DNA of 45,496 nucleotides from a virus. Position 1 is the first letter of the stretch. Each line of letters begins with the position of its first letter. Location of the stretch: IMG/VR virus record IMGVR_UViG_3300045988_123705, positions 1 through 45,496 of that record. One strand, given 5' to 3'. The notes under the pieces were generated by a model. That model was not told the DNA's origin. It did no database searches and saw only the letters and a list, made by a program, of their open reading frames with translations. Of the stretch, positions 1 through 8,173 are shown piece by piece. The translations under genes were made by a program, and so were the position numbers.

Positions 1-55
1 ATAGAGAAAGATACAGAGATAGAGAAAGATACAGAGATAGAGAAAGATACAGAGA
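1..55. repeat. Terminal overlap identical to 45442..45496; made of 3 copies of an 18-bp tandem unit ATAGAGAAAGATACAGAG plus A
   Basis: Direct comparison of both window ends. Confidence 0.95.
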
Positions 56-411
56 AAAAACACCCCCTATCCCCCTCAAGGGGGAAGCTGATTGACTTTA
101 AAAAGCTTGTGAATGAGTTTGCTGGAAAGAACACACAACTCAAAGAAGCACTCAATGATTGGGTCTCAATGAGATGTGAAATGGCAAAGAAGAAAAAAGA
201 GACCTTCACTCTTAGAGCTTTGAAGACAGCACTAAAAAAACTGCATGACCTGTCAAACGGGAATGAGGGGCTGGCGCTGGATATTGTGAATGAAGGAATT
301 GAGGGCTCATGGAAAAGCTTTTACCCGTTAAAGGATAACCGCCAGAAGAACAAAGGCTTTGGAGACATATTGGATGAGTATGTGGATTATGCAAAGGAGC
401 ATTCACAATGA
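1..411 (+). CDS. Replisome organizer, C-terminal DnaD-like part (continuation of 45004..45441 across the junction)
   Basis: Frame 1 is open from nt 1 (IEKDTE x3, KKHPLSPSRGKLIDFKKL...) into track ORF 109..411. It is in phase with the ORF running off the right end. Confidence 0.75.
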   Translation: MEKDTEIEKDTEIEKDTEKKHPLSPSRGKLIDFKKLVNEFAGKNTQLKEALNDWVSMRCEMAKKKKETFTLRALKTALKKLHDLSNGNEGLALDIVNEGIEGSWKSFYPLKDNRQKNKGFGDILDEYVDYAKEHSQ

Positions 412-950
412 ACGAAAAAGTCATAAAAGCTGTTGCGAGTTTGAGAGCGTTCTTTCCGACATTCACAAAAGAACAGACGGCGGCGTATAGCCAAATTCTT
501 TCTGAATATCCGCCGGAGGTTGTTTCAGCAGCAATCAAAGAACTGGTGAAAACGGAAACGGAAATGTATGCCCCGCCCGTGGGAAGAATCTGCCAGATGT
601 GCGAAAAGATTATTGCACAAGCAATGGGCGAAGTAGAGCTTAGTGCAACTGACGGATGGAAAGAGGTTATGCATGTCGTGTGTGATGTAAGCATTTATCG
701 GCTGAAAGACTACAAGTGGAAAGACAAGGTTGCCGAAGAGTGCGCAAGAGCATTGACGTTTGAAGCTTTAATGAACATGCAACTTGGAACAGAAGAAGAC
801 GTTATGCGATCAAATTTCCTCAAAATGTATGAGGGGAAAGCGAAACAGGTACAGAAAAGAATGCAATTAAAACGGATTCTTTCCGATAGGAAGATAACCG
901 AGGCAATACAAGCAGTAAGCGAAAAGTTGAGGCTAAAGGAGGCAGAATGA
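408..950 (+). CDS. G39P-like helicase loader/inhibitor family protein (putative)
   Basis: ATGA coupling to upstream gene, RBS AAGGAG. N-terminal AFFPTF..EQTAAYSQILSEYPPEVVSAAIKELVKT..YAPPVGRI pattern resembles SPP1 G39P family. Sits directly after the replisome organizer. Confidence 0.5.
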   Translation: MNEKVIKAVASLRAFFPTFTKEQTAAYSQILSEYPPEVVSAAIKELVKTETEMYAPPVGRICQMCEKIIAQAMGEVELSATDGWKEVMHVVCDVSIYRLKDYKWKDKVAEECARALTFEALMNMQLGTEEDVMRSNFLKMYEGKAKQVQKRMQLKRILSDRKITEAIQAVSEKLRLKEAE

Positions 951-953
951 TAA

Positions 954-1169
954 ATGGAAAACAATCGATTTATGGTTGTGTCGGAAGAAAACGGGATCAT
1001 AGCAATGAACCCATCCTACGTTGAATTGAAAGGGAAAAATCTCATCATCTACATGCCCGGAACATACAAACAGCTTGAGCTGGAATACGAAACAGAAGAA
1101 GACGCAAGAAACGCATTTATTGACATAGAGAGCGCTTATGAATCAGGGAGAATATACGTTTATATCTGA
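954..1169 (+). CDS. Hypothetical protein (71 aa)
   Basis: Track ORF. No recognisable motif. Its TGA stop is followed by 75 more open codons in the same frame (see findings). Confidence 0.5.
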   Translation: MENNRFMVVSEENGIIAMNPSYVELKGKNLIIYMPGTYKQLELEYETEEDARNAFIDIESAYESGRIYVYI

Positions 1170-1182
1170 AAAGGAGTAGCAC

Positions 1183-1397
1183 ATGACGTTAGGAATGGAG
1201 GCGGAAAAACGAATAGAACGGTAACAACAGGAGAAGCAATCTGTATCTTTTCGGAATTGAAGAAAAGACTTGGAAATGGAAAGGAATGGAGAAATTTGGC
1301 ACTTGATGATTACGTAGAAGATTTTCTTAATCCCGTAAAAAAATCAATTGTAGAAATTGTTGAAGATTATCTTGGAAACTGGAGGCAGAGGCAATGA
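1183..1397 (+). other. Small gene needing a -1 shift at an A5 run: ATG 1183 (frame 1, 13 codons) plus start-less frame-3 ORF ending in ATGA overlap with ssb
   Basis: RBS AAGGAG 1171-1176 with ATG 1183. Frame 3 is open 1170..1397 with no ATG/GTG and only late TTG. A-run at 1205-1209. Stop overlaps the ssb start. Confidence 0.35.
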
Positions 1398-1771
1398 ATA
1401 GAGCAACATTTGTAGGAAATTTAGGACGTGATCCACAGATTAGAGCAACAAACGGCGGAACAGCAGTAGCGACATTTTCCGTTGGAGTAACAGAGAAGTA
1501 CAACGTAAACGGTGAGCGGAAAGAACGAACCTCATGGATAAACGTTGTGGCATGGGGCAAGTTGGCGGAAGCAGTAGGAAACAATCTCAATAAAGGGAGC
1601 CGTGTCATGGTTGATGGGCGCATAGACACAAGAAGCTATACAGGAAAAGATGGCAAGACTGTTTACGTCACGGAGGTTAATGCATTTACAATCGCAATCC
1701 CGCTTGACACCAGAACAAGCGGAAATTTTGAACAGTATAGTCAGACACAAGATGAGGATATACCGTTTTGA
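1394..1771 (+). CDS. ssb: Single-stranded DNA-binding protein
   Basis: OB-fold N-terminus (NRATFVGNLGRDPQIR.. TSWINVVAWGKLAE) and acidic C-terminal tail DEDIPF at the extreme C-terminus. Confidence 0.95.
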   Translation: MNRATFVGNLGRDPQIRATNGGTAVATFSVGVTEKYNVNGERKERTSWINVVAWGKLAEAVGNNLNKGSRVMVDGRIDTRSYTGKDGKTVYVTEVNAFTIAIPLDTRTSGNFEQYSQTQDEDIPF

Positions 1772-2202
1772 GGCTGATATACAATGGGAAACTTCCGTCC
1801 GCTAATGACTTGGTGCAGCTTAATCGTGTAAATCGATATGCCGGGGCGGGGCTAAAGAAAAAATACACGGATAGTGTAGCAGCGGCGTTTAGACCGCAGG
1901 CATGTGGGAAACGGTTTAAAGGGCACTGCTTGGTAAGTGTCCGCTTCTTTGAGGCAACGAATCGGAGAGATGACGATAACACAATAAGCGGGTTGAAATA
2001 TCTACTTGATGGGATCGTGAGAGCTGGGATTATGCCAGATGACAGTAAGAGATATTGTCACATTGCGTCAGTCGAATGCTTTGAATCAGACTTAATCATC
2101 AACGGGCGGAAGCAAGACTATGTAGAAGTTTCGATAACGGAAGATGAGAAAACTACAACAAAGGCAAAAACCGATAAAAATGATTCTAAAATGCGTTCAT
2201 GA
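1768..2202 (+). CDS. rusA: RusA-family Holliday junction resolvase
   Basis: TTG start overlapping ssb stop. LPSANDL near N-terminus. RRDDDN..SGLKYLLDGIV..GIMPDDS catalytic Asp pattern typical of RusA. Confidence 0.75.
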   Translation: MRLIYNGKLPSANDLVQLNRVNRYAGAGLKKKYTDSVAAAFRPQACGKRFKGHCLVSVRFFEATNRRDDDNTISGLKYLLDGIVRAGIMPDDSKRYCHIASVECFESDLIINGRKQDYVEVSITEDEKTTTKAKTDKNDSKMRS

Positions 2203-2300
2203 AGTTTTTATGATAAATCCATCATGAAAATATAGCGACATGGCAAAAAACGGAAAATTGATAAGGTTTTGACGATTTTAGACAAACGGAAGGAGTAAGA

Positions 2301-2606
2301 ATGAAGCAGATACTGAAACACGGAATTATGATGGCGGTATTTTTTCAACTGCTGAATTGCAGTGCTTATACACATACAGGGAATCCCACAGCAAGTGGCG
2401 TTTATCCGACAGAGGGGATGGCAGCAAGTGACCATCTCCCATTCGGAAGCGTGGTCACATTACCTGACGGCAGGGAACTTGTAGTAACAGACAGATTTGG
2501 CGGCGGATATAGCGATCGCTTGGATATCTTCATGGACAGTGTGTCTGATTGCTGGGAATTTGGGCGGCAATGGTTAAAATGCCGTGTGGTAACGCCCAAT
2601 GCCTAA
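2301..2606 (+). CDS. Secreted 3D-domain (RlpA/MltA-like double-psi barrel) protein
   Basis: N-terminal hydrophobic signal (MMAVFFQLLNCSA). GNPTASGVYPTEGMAASDHLPFGSVVTLPDGRELVVTDRFGGGYSDRLDIFMDS matches the 3D-domain pattern. RBS GGAAGGAG. Confidence 0.65.
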   Translation: MKQILKHGIMMAVFFQLLNCSAYTHTGNPTASGVYPTEGMAASDHLPFGSVVTLPDGRELVVTDRFGGGYSDRLDIFMDSVSDCWEFGRQWLKCRVVTPNA

Positions 2607-2862
2607 CCGCAAAGAGAATTACAGGGATTTAGGCAAATGGAGGATTACGACAAGAGAACAGAAAAAGCGATATTATGAGCGATTGGCTGTGTATGCGGTG
2701 CATGGCGGTAAACCGTATACGGATGATGAGAAAAAGCGAATTTTAGAACATTCAATCCCAGATAGAGAGTTAGCAATTGAAATCGGAAGAACAGTACGAA
2801 CAATTCAGGTTTTAAGAAGCAGATGGAGGAAGAAATGGCGAAACTTGGAGAACGGATCGTGA
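2599..2862 (+). CDS. Hypothetical basic protein, possible HTH (DRELAIEIGRTVRTIQVLRSRW)
   Basis: Track ORF. Basic, with an HTH-like segment. No firm family assignment. Confidence 0.45.
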   Translation: MPNRKENYRDLGKWRITTREQKKRYYERLAVYAVHGGKPYTDDEKKRILEHSIPDRELAIEIGRTVRTIQVLRSRWRKKWRNLENGS

Positions 2863-3101
2863 TATATGCGGCAAGGTACGCTTTGGAGCATTTACCGGCG
2901 GTGCAGGGAGATGTGCAGGACTACATCAGGCGGAAGATGAAAATGCTTGGTGATGATACCTTGAAGGACTTGAAAAGCGATATCACAAAAGGAATAGAAC
3001 GTGAAAGAACGCTAAGACGTGACACCATGAAATGGGAGCGGTTAAAGATGGATATCGAAAAGGAACTTGCGGGAAGAAAGGAGAATGATTTGTTTGGGTG
3101 A
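2823..3101 (+). CDS. Hypothetical protein (92 aa)
   Basis: Track ORF in the operon. No motif. Confidence 0.45.
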   Translation: MEEEMAKLGERIVIYAARYALEHLPAVQGDVQDYIRRKMKMLGDDTLKDLKSDITKGIERERTLRRDTMKWERLKMDIEKELAGRKENDLFG

Positions 3102-3639
3102 AAATGAATATTTATTCAAAAATCAGGCTGGTAAAAAGTATAAAACCATATACGCAGACCCACCCTGGATAACCGAACGGGGGGGTGGAAAAATCAAGAG
3201 AGGAGCCGATAAACACTACCAACTAATGAAGACAGAAGATATTGTAAACCTGCCAATTGATGAAATTGCAGATGTAAACTGTCACCTGTATCTGTGGGTT
3301 ACAAATAAATCCCTGCCGTTGGGATTAGAAGTTATGAAAGCGTGGGGATTTGAATATATTACCGCTATTACGTGGGTAAAAGACAGGATAGGATTGGGGC
3401 AGTATTACAGAGGAATGACGGAACACTGCTTGTTCGGGCGGAAAGGAATGCTGCCGTATAAGCTGATTGATGGTAAGAGAGTGCAAGGAAGAACGGTGGT
3501 CATCGAGCCAAAGTCAGAACATAACAGAAAGCCAAAGGCAATGAGAAAAATGATTGAAAAAGTAAGCTATGCACCACGGATTGAATTATTCGCAAGAGAA
3601 CGGTTTGATGGATGGGATTGCTGGGGAAACGAGGTATAA
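3067..3639 (+). CDS. MT-A70 family N6-adenine DNA methyltransferase (copy 1)
   Basis: YADPPW catalytic motif, LYLWVTN, GYYxRxxxExCLFGxKG-like block, RKP motif, C-terminal ELFARERFDGWDCWGNEV. Start uncertain (TTG 3067 or ATG 3085). Confidence 0.9.
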   Translation: MREERRMICLGENEYLFKNQAGKKYKTIYADPPWITERGGGKIKRGADKHYQLMKTEDIVNLPIDEIADVNCHLYLWVTNKSLPLGLEVMKAWGFEYITAITWVKDRIGLGQYYRGMTEHCLFGRKGMLPYKLIDGKRVQGRTVVIEPKSEHNRKPKAMRKMIEKVSYAPRIELFARERFDGWDCWGNEV

Positions 3640-3641
3640 AT

Positions 3642-4196
3642 ATGGTTATTTCAGAATTAGCTAAAAATAATAAGCGATATGATGTAGTGTATGCGGATCC
3701 GCCGTGGATACAGAAAAAAGGTGGGAAAAAGAGTGCTCGCCCGAACTCGAGCGGGAAAGAGTTAGATTATCCAACTCTTTCAATGGATAAGATAAAAGCA
3801 ATCTTTCAAGATGTGAAAACAAGTGATAAACATAACTTGTTTGTTTGGACGATAGAAAAATATTTATTCAAGACAGAGGCAATGGTAAAATCTTTAGGTT
3901 ATTCGGTGCATGCAAGAATTGTATGGGATAAAGTGACCGGAATACCAGCAGCATTTACAGTTAGGTATCAGCATGAATACTTATTATGGTTTTACAAGAA
4001 GGGGCACATTTTAATGCCGGTGAAAGAAGAACAGGGGAAATGGGCAGATGTATTTACGGAGAAGGTAAAAAGACACTCACAAAAACCGGAACACGCTTAT
4101 AAAATGATTGAATCCATGTTTCCGAAAGCAGAGAAAATCGAATTGTTTGCAAGAAATACAAGAAACGGATGGGATTGTTGGGGAAATGAGGTGTAG
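3642..4196 (+). CDS. MT-A70 family N6-adenine DNA methyltransferase (copy 2, paralog)
   Basis: ATG 3642 with GAGGT RBS right after the copy-1 stop. YADPPW, LFVWT, SQKP, C-terminal ELFARNTRNGWDCWGNEV. Confidence 0.9.
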   Translation: MVISELAKNNKRYDVVYADPPWIQKKGGKKSARPNSSGKELDYPTLSMDKIKAIFQDVKTSDKHNLFVWTIEKYLFKTEAMVKSLGYSVHARIVWDKVTGIPAAFTVRYQHEYLLWFYKKGHILMPVKEEQGKWADVFTEKVKRHSQKPEHAYKMIESMFPKAEKIELFARNTRNGWDCWGNEV

Positions 4197-4332
4197 TAAT
4201 GGATAGATTGATCGACGTAATCAGTATAGTAATATTCTTTTGATTGATTATGTATGCAGCCATTAAATTAGACGAGGCGGCACGAAAGTTAAATGATGTG
4301 GAAGAACGTATTTACAGAGAAAGGAAATTAAA

Positions 4333-4770
4333 ATGAAACGAGGATTTGAAAGAGTAATAGGATATAAGTATGTAAACTTGCCAAAAAGAAAAACGAAACA
4401 ATCGGCGGGGTATGACATCGAAAGCGCTATTGACGCTGTAATCACACCAGGCGAAACAAAGGTGATCCCCGCTGGAATAAAAGCATGCATGAAACATTAT
4501 GAGTGGCTGGGAATTTATGTAAGGTCAAGTCTTGCGATTAAGTATGGTCTTATCTTGGCAAACGGTGTAGGCGTCATTGATTCGGACTACTATAACAATC
4601 CGGGCAACGAAGGGCATATCATGATAGCACTCACCAATATTTCAGGCAAAACTTATAACGTAAAAAGGGGAGACAGGATTGCACAAGGGATTTTCCATCA
4701 ATATTACAGAGTAGATGGTGATAAAACAGATGGAAGTAGAATTGGTGGTATAGGGAGTACGGGGAAATGA
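4333..4770 (+). CDS. dut: dUTP diphosphatase (trimeric dUTPase)
   Basis: Motifs AGYDI, RSSLA, GVIDSDYxG, RIAQ, C-terminal GGIGSTG. Confidence 0.92.
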   Translation: MKRGFERVIGYKYVNLPKRKTKQSAGYDIESAIDAVITPGETKVIPAGIKACMKHYEWLGIYVRSSLAIKYGLILANGVGVIDSDYYNNPGNEGHIMIALTNISGKTYNVKRGDRIAQGIFHQYYRVDGDKTDGSRIGGIGSTGK

Positions 4771-4982
4771 ATAGAAAAGATACGATTAATGAAAAAGCAA
4801 AGCTGATTGAGGCAATGGCGGTTGATTTGGCGGATACCGTTTCAGAATACAAAATACTTTCAAAAACAGAAGATTATAGATTGCGCGGTAAGGTTGGGAG
4901 TTCTAAGAAGTCTATTATTGACAGGATACGGCTAATGCGCTTGCAGTTGCAGAACCTTAGCCGCATGGTGAATAAATCATGA
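4767..4982 (+). CDS. Hypothetical protein (71 aa)
   Basis: ATGA-coupled on both sides. No motif. Confidence 0.5.
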   Translation: MNRKDTINEKAKLIEAMAVDLADTVSEYKILSKTEDYRLRGKVGSSKKSIIDRIRLMRLQLQNLSRMVNKS

Positions 4983-5458
4983 GGATTTTGGACGCATGCT
5001 GCGGAAGTAGAATGTTTTGGCACGAGAAGGAACTATCATTTGTCGATTATCAGGATAACCGTTCACTGTCTACTACATTATGTGATGGGCGTAAACTTGA
5101 AATTAAACCGTCATTGATGGGCGATGTTACTGATATGTTTTATATCAAAGACGGAACTTATGACATGGTGGTATTTGACCCGCCACATTTAAAAAATGGC
5201 GGTGATAATGCGTGGATCATTCTGAAATACGGAAGGCTGCCAGAAGAATGGAAATTGTTTATGAAGACGGCGTTTGAAGAATGCTTTAGAGTTTTAAAGG
5301 ATGGAGGAACACTTGTCTTTAAATGGAATAGTGAACAGATACCGTTCGCAGAGGCTGTAAAGTTATCACCATATAAGCCTATTTTCGGAGATAAACGGGC
5401 GAAAACAAGGTGGACGGTATTTGTGAAAGATTCTACATTAGGGAGGAATGGAATATGA
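4979..5458 (+). CDS. Small class I SAM-dependent methyltransferase with amino-MTase motif IV (FDPPH)
   Basis: Motif I ILDACCGSRMFW, motif IV VVFDPPH, later VLKDGGTLVFKW. Sits inside the MTase cluster. Confidence 0.7.
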   Translation: MRILDACCGSRMFWHEKELSFVDYQDNRSLSTTLCDGRKLEIKPSLMGDVTDMFYIKDGTYDMVVFDPPHLKNGGDNAWIILKYGRLPEEWKLFMKTAFEECFRVLKDGGTLVFKWNSEQIPFAEAVKLSPYKPIFGDKRAKTRWTVFVKDSTLGRNGI

Positions 5459-5823
5459 AAAAGATAAGAATAACTTTTAGCAAGGATACTGTACATGTTG
5501 ACGCATATAAAGTTGGCGCAAACGAAATAAAAAGTGCGATTCATGCACTACTTATTGGATTACATGATGATTTCGGAGAAAAGCCAAGTGAATTATGGAA
5601 TGTCCTGTATGACGCCTTGTGGGATTTAAAAATAAAACATGGATGGAATATTGATATACGCCCTGATAAGGAGATGGGCAAGAATAGAGTAGACGATGTT
5701 TTATGTAGTCATGCAAGGCTGTTGAACATAATAACGCATGCTAATATCAGTGCCACAGAGGGAGAGTGGAAAGAAATTTGGAGTGCTGTTAAAGAAGCGA
5801 GAGAGATGACTAAATGGGAATGA
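5455..5823 (+). CDS. Hypothetical protein (122 aa)
   Basis: ATG 5455 with GGGAGG RBS and ATGA overlap with the upstream stop. No motif. Confidence 0.5.
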   Translation: MKKIRITFSKDTVHVDAYKVGANEIKSAIHALLIGLHDDFGEKPSELWNVLYDALWDLKIKHGWNIDIRPDKEMGKNRVDDVLCSHARLLNIITHANISATEGEWKEIWSAVKEAREMTKWE

Positions 5824-7061
5824 CATTTATAGACTTCTTTGCCGGTATTGGCGGATTCCACAGCGGATTTGAAAAAGCGGGAATGAAATGTATCGGCTGG
5901 TGCGAGTTTGATAAATACGCACAAAAAAGTTATAGGGCAATTTATGATACGGAAGGATTGTGGTTTAAAGATGATGTACGAAAGGTGCGAGGATGGGAGT
6001 TACCAGGGGCTACTGTTTGGACATTCGGATTCCCATGCCAGGATGTCTCTATCGCAGGAAAGCAAAAAGGCATTAAACGAGGAACACGGAGCGGATTATT
6101 TTTTGAAATTATGCGGCTCCTTGATGAAGCAGAAGAAAATAAACCCCGATGGATTATCGCTGAAAACGTTAAAAATCTGCTTTCTATTGAGGGGGGGTGG
6201 GGATTCTTCACAGTGCTGTCTGAAATGGCAGAGAGAGGGTACAGTGTTGAATGGAGAGTGTACAACTCAAAAGATTACGGAGTACCTCAAAACAGAGAGC
6301 GAGTGTATATTGCTGGACATCTTGGAAAAACAGGTGGACGAGAATTACTACCTAAAGCCAGAAAAAGTGAAAGAGCTATTAAGCAGGTTATAGGCGGGGC
6401 ACAAGGAGAAAGAGTGTACGAGCCGAACATATCTTGTACGTTATCTTCACAAGGTGGAGGTTGCGGAGCAAAAACAGGGTTATATAGGTTTATAGACTTT
6501 TCAAAGAAAGATACACAGACAACGGAACACTCAAGATGTCTGACTGCACGTTACGATAGAGGTATATCTAATCGTGCAGGAGAATCCAGCGGGGTGATGG
6601 CAGTATTAACGCCAAATAGGACAGAAAGGAGACAAAATGGTCGAAGGGTCAAAGAACCAGGTGAACCGTCATTTACACTCACGGCACAAGACAGGCATGG
6701 AATAATGATAAAAAATGCCACAAAAAAGGGATATGAAATTGCAAGAAAGGGAGACGGCGTAGATATTGCATATCCGAATAGTGATACACGGTGCGGAAGG
6801 GTGCAGAAGCAGTTATCAAACACGGTAAAAACACAAAGTAACTTGGGGGTCGTTCTTGAAAATGAAAGTATATGTTATATACGCAAATTAACGCCGAAGG
6901 AATCCTGGAGGTTGCAAGGGTTTACAGATGAGCAATACGAAAAAGCTGCTGCCGTAAACAGTAAGAGCCAATTGTACAAGCAGGCTGGAAACGCAGTGAC
7001 GGTGAATGTAACTTATGAGATAGGGAAACATATCGTAGGTTTCGAGAAGGAGGAAACATGA
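5814..7061 (+). CDS. dcm: DNA (cytosine-5)-methyltransferase
   Basis: Motif I FIDFFAGIGG, motif IV FGFPCQDVS, motif VI ENVKNL, motif VIII QNRERVYI, motif X QAGNAVTVNV. Start may be ATG 5820 (ATGA coupling). Confidence 0.95.
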   Translation: MGMTFIDFFAGIGGFHSGFEKAGMKCIGWCEFDKYAQKSYRAIYDTEGLWFKDDVRKVRGWELPGATVWTFGFPCQDVSIAGKQKGIKRGTRSGLFFEIMRLLDEAEENKPRWIIAENVKNLLSIEGGWGFFTVLSEMAERGYSVEWRVYNSKDYGVPQNRERVYIAGHLGKTGGRELLPKARKSERAIKQVIGGAQGERVYEPNISCTLSSQGGGCGAKTGLYRFIDFSKKDTQTTEHSRCLTARYDRGISNRAGESSGVMAVLTPNRTERRQNGRRVKEPGEPSFTLTAQDRHGIMIKNATKKGYEIARKGDGVDIAYPNSDTRCGRVQKQLSNTVKTQSNLGVVLENESICYIRKLTPKESWRLQGFTDEQYEKAAAVNSKSQLYKQAGNAVTVNVTYEIGKHIVGFEKEET

Positions 7062-7240
7062 CAATAGGCAGGATGGTTCATATACTGAAATTTATTAACA
7101 GTAGGCTTATTACAGATAAAGACAAGTTAAGTGCTATACAAATGGTGATAATGCGATATACACCAATTGACAAGGTAACGAAGACTGATTTAATAAATGC
7201 CTTAAAATGGCTGTTTGAATATACAGGAGGAAGAGCATGA
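7058..7240 (+). CDS. Hypothetical protein (60 aa)
   Basis: ATGA-coupled track ORF. Confidence 0.4.
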   Translation: MTIGRMVHILKFINSRLITDKDKLSAIQMVIMRYTPIDKVTKTDLINALKWLFEYTGGRA

Positions 7241-7761
7241 GCAAAAGCGAAGAAGAAGCAGTAATGCAATATGCAATAGCAGCACATTTGGGAGAAAAGA
7301 ATATTGTAATTCCGAATATTAGCTTTGCGAGAATATCATGCAGAGTTCCTAAGTATGGAAATAATGGACAGCTTATTGGACACGAATACCCGTTCAAGGG
7401 AGTTCGTCATGAAGCAGATTTGATATGGATAAACGACAATGACTATCTGACAGAAGTGGAAATTAAGACAAGTTATAGCGACCTTTTAGCAGATTTCAAA
7501 AAGAAAGAAAAACACCTAACAAAATATACACGGGCAGTTTACTATGCGTTCCCGTTGGATATGTACAAAGAAAATGAGGAGAAAATCAAAAAGGTGCTGG
7601 TTGAAAAATTCCCAGAAGCAGGAGTGATTATTGTTGGGATGGGTGGACTTGCAGTAAGTGTGATAAAGAATGTTGAATATTTTAATGCCGAAAAAATCCC
7701 AATTGAAGTAAAAATCGGGCTAATGAGAATCGGATGTCAGAAATGGTGGAGGAGAAAATGA
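7237..7761 (+). CDS. MmcB-like PD-(D/E)xK nuclease family protein (putative)
   Basis: HEADLIWI ... LTEVEIKTSYSDLLADFKKKEKH ... AVYYAFP matches the D..(E/D)xK core and the EIKsS..DF..D.K..Y pattern of MmcB-type proteins. Confidence 0.55.
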   Translation: MSKSEEEAVMQYAIAAHLGEKNIVIPNISFARISCRVPKYGNNGQLIGHEYPFKGVRHEADLIWINDNDYLTEVEIKTSYSDLLADFKKKEKHLTKYTRAVYYAFPLDMYKENEEKIKKVLVEKFPEAGVIIVGMGGLAVSVIKNVEYFNAEKIPIEVKIGLMRIGCQKWWRRK

Positions 7762-8087
7762 GACAGGATAAAGAAGAATGGGTAGTGTCACTGGATGGAG
7801 AAAATTATAACGGATATATAACATACCCGGCAAAGGAAGCGGCTATTGAAGCTGGACGGAGGGAATTTACGAATGTAAAAAATGGTCAATATTCAGAGGT
7901 TTTTGACGGATATATAGGTGATGATAAGTTCTTTTGCGTCGCGCTATTTTCAAGACCAGAACCAACGGCAAGCATTGATAACATTATTGAAGACGTAGCA
8001 TGCAACGCAGGTGTTATTTATGATGAATATTGCTTTGATTTTTTAGAAAATGTCACAGGAGAACAAAGAGAAGAGCTTGAAAAATAA
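7758..8087 (+). CDS. Hypothetical acidic protein (109 aa)
   Basis: ATG 7758 with GGAGGAG RBS and ATGA overlap. Confidence 0.5.
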   Translation: MRQDKEEWVVSLDGENYNGYITYPAKEAAIEAGRREFTNVKNGQYSEVFDGYIGDDKFFCVALFSRPEPTASIDNIIEDVACNAGVIYDEYCFDFLENVTGEQREELEK

Positions 8088-8173
8088 ATCAATAAAGTTG
8101 TTCAGCGCTGGCTTGATAAATACGAATTGAGAGATTATGGATTTTTAGTTGAAAATGTGGAGATGGTCAAAGT

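Noticed and set aside
5908-6393. 161-aa plus-strand ORF in an alternative frame of the Dcm gene
   Set aside because: The Dcm frame carries all canonical 5mC methyltransferase motifs across this interval. The alternative frame has no motif or RBS.
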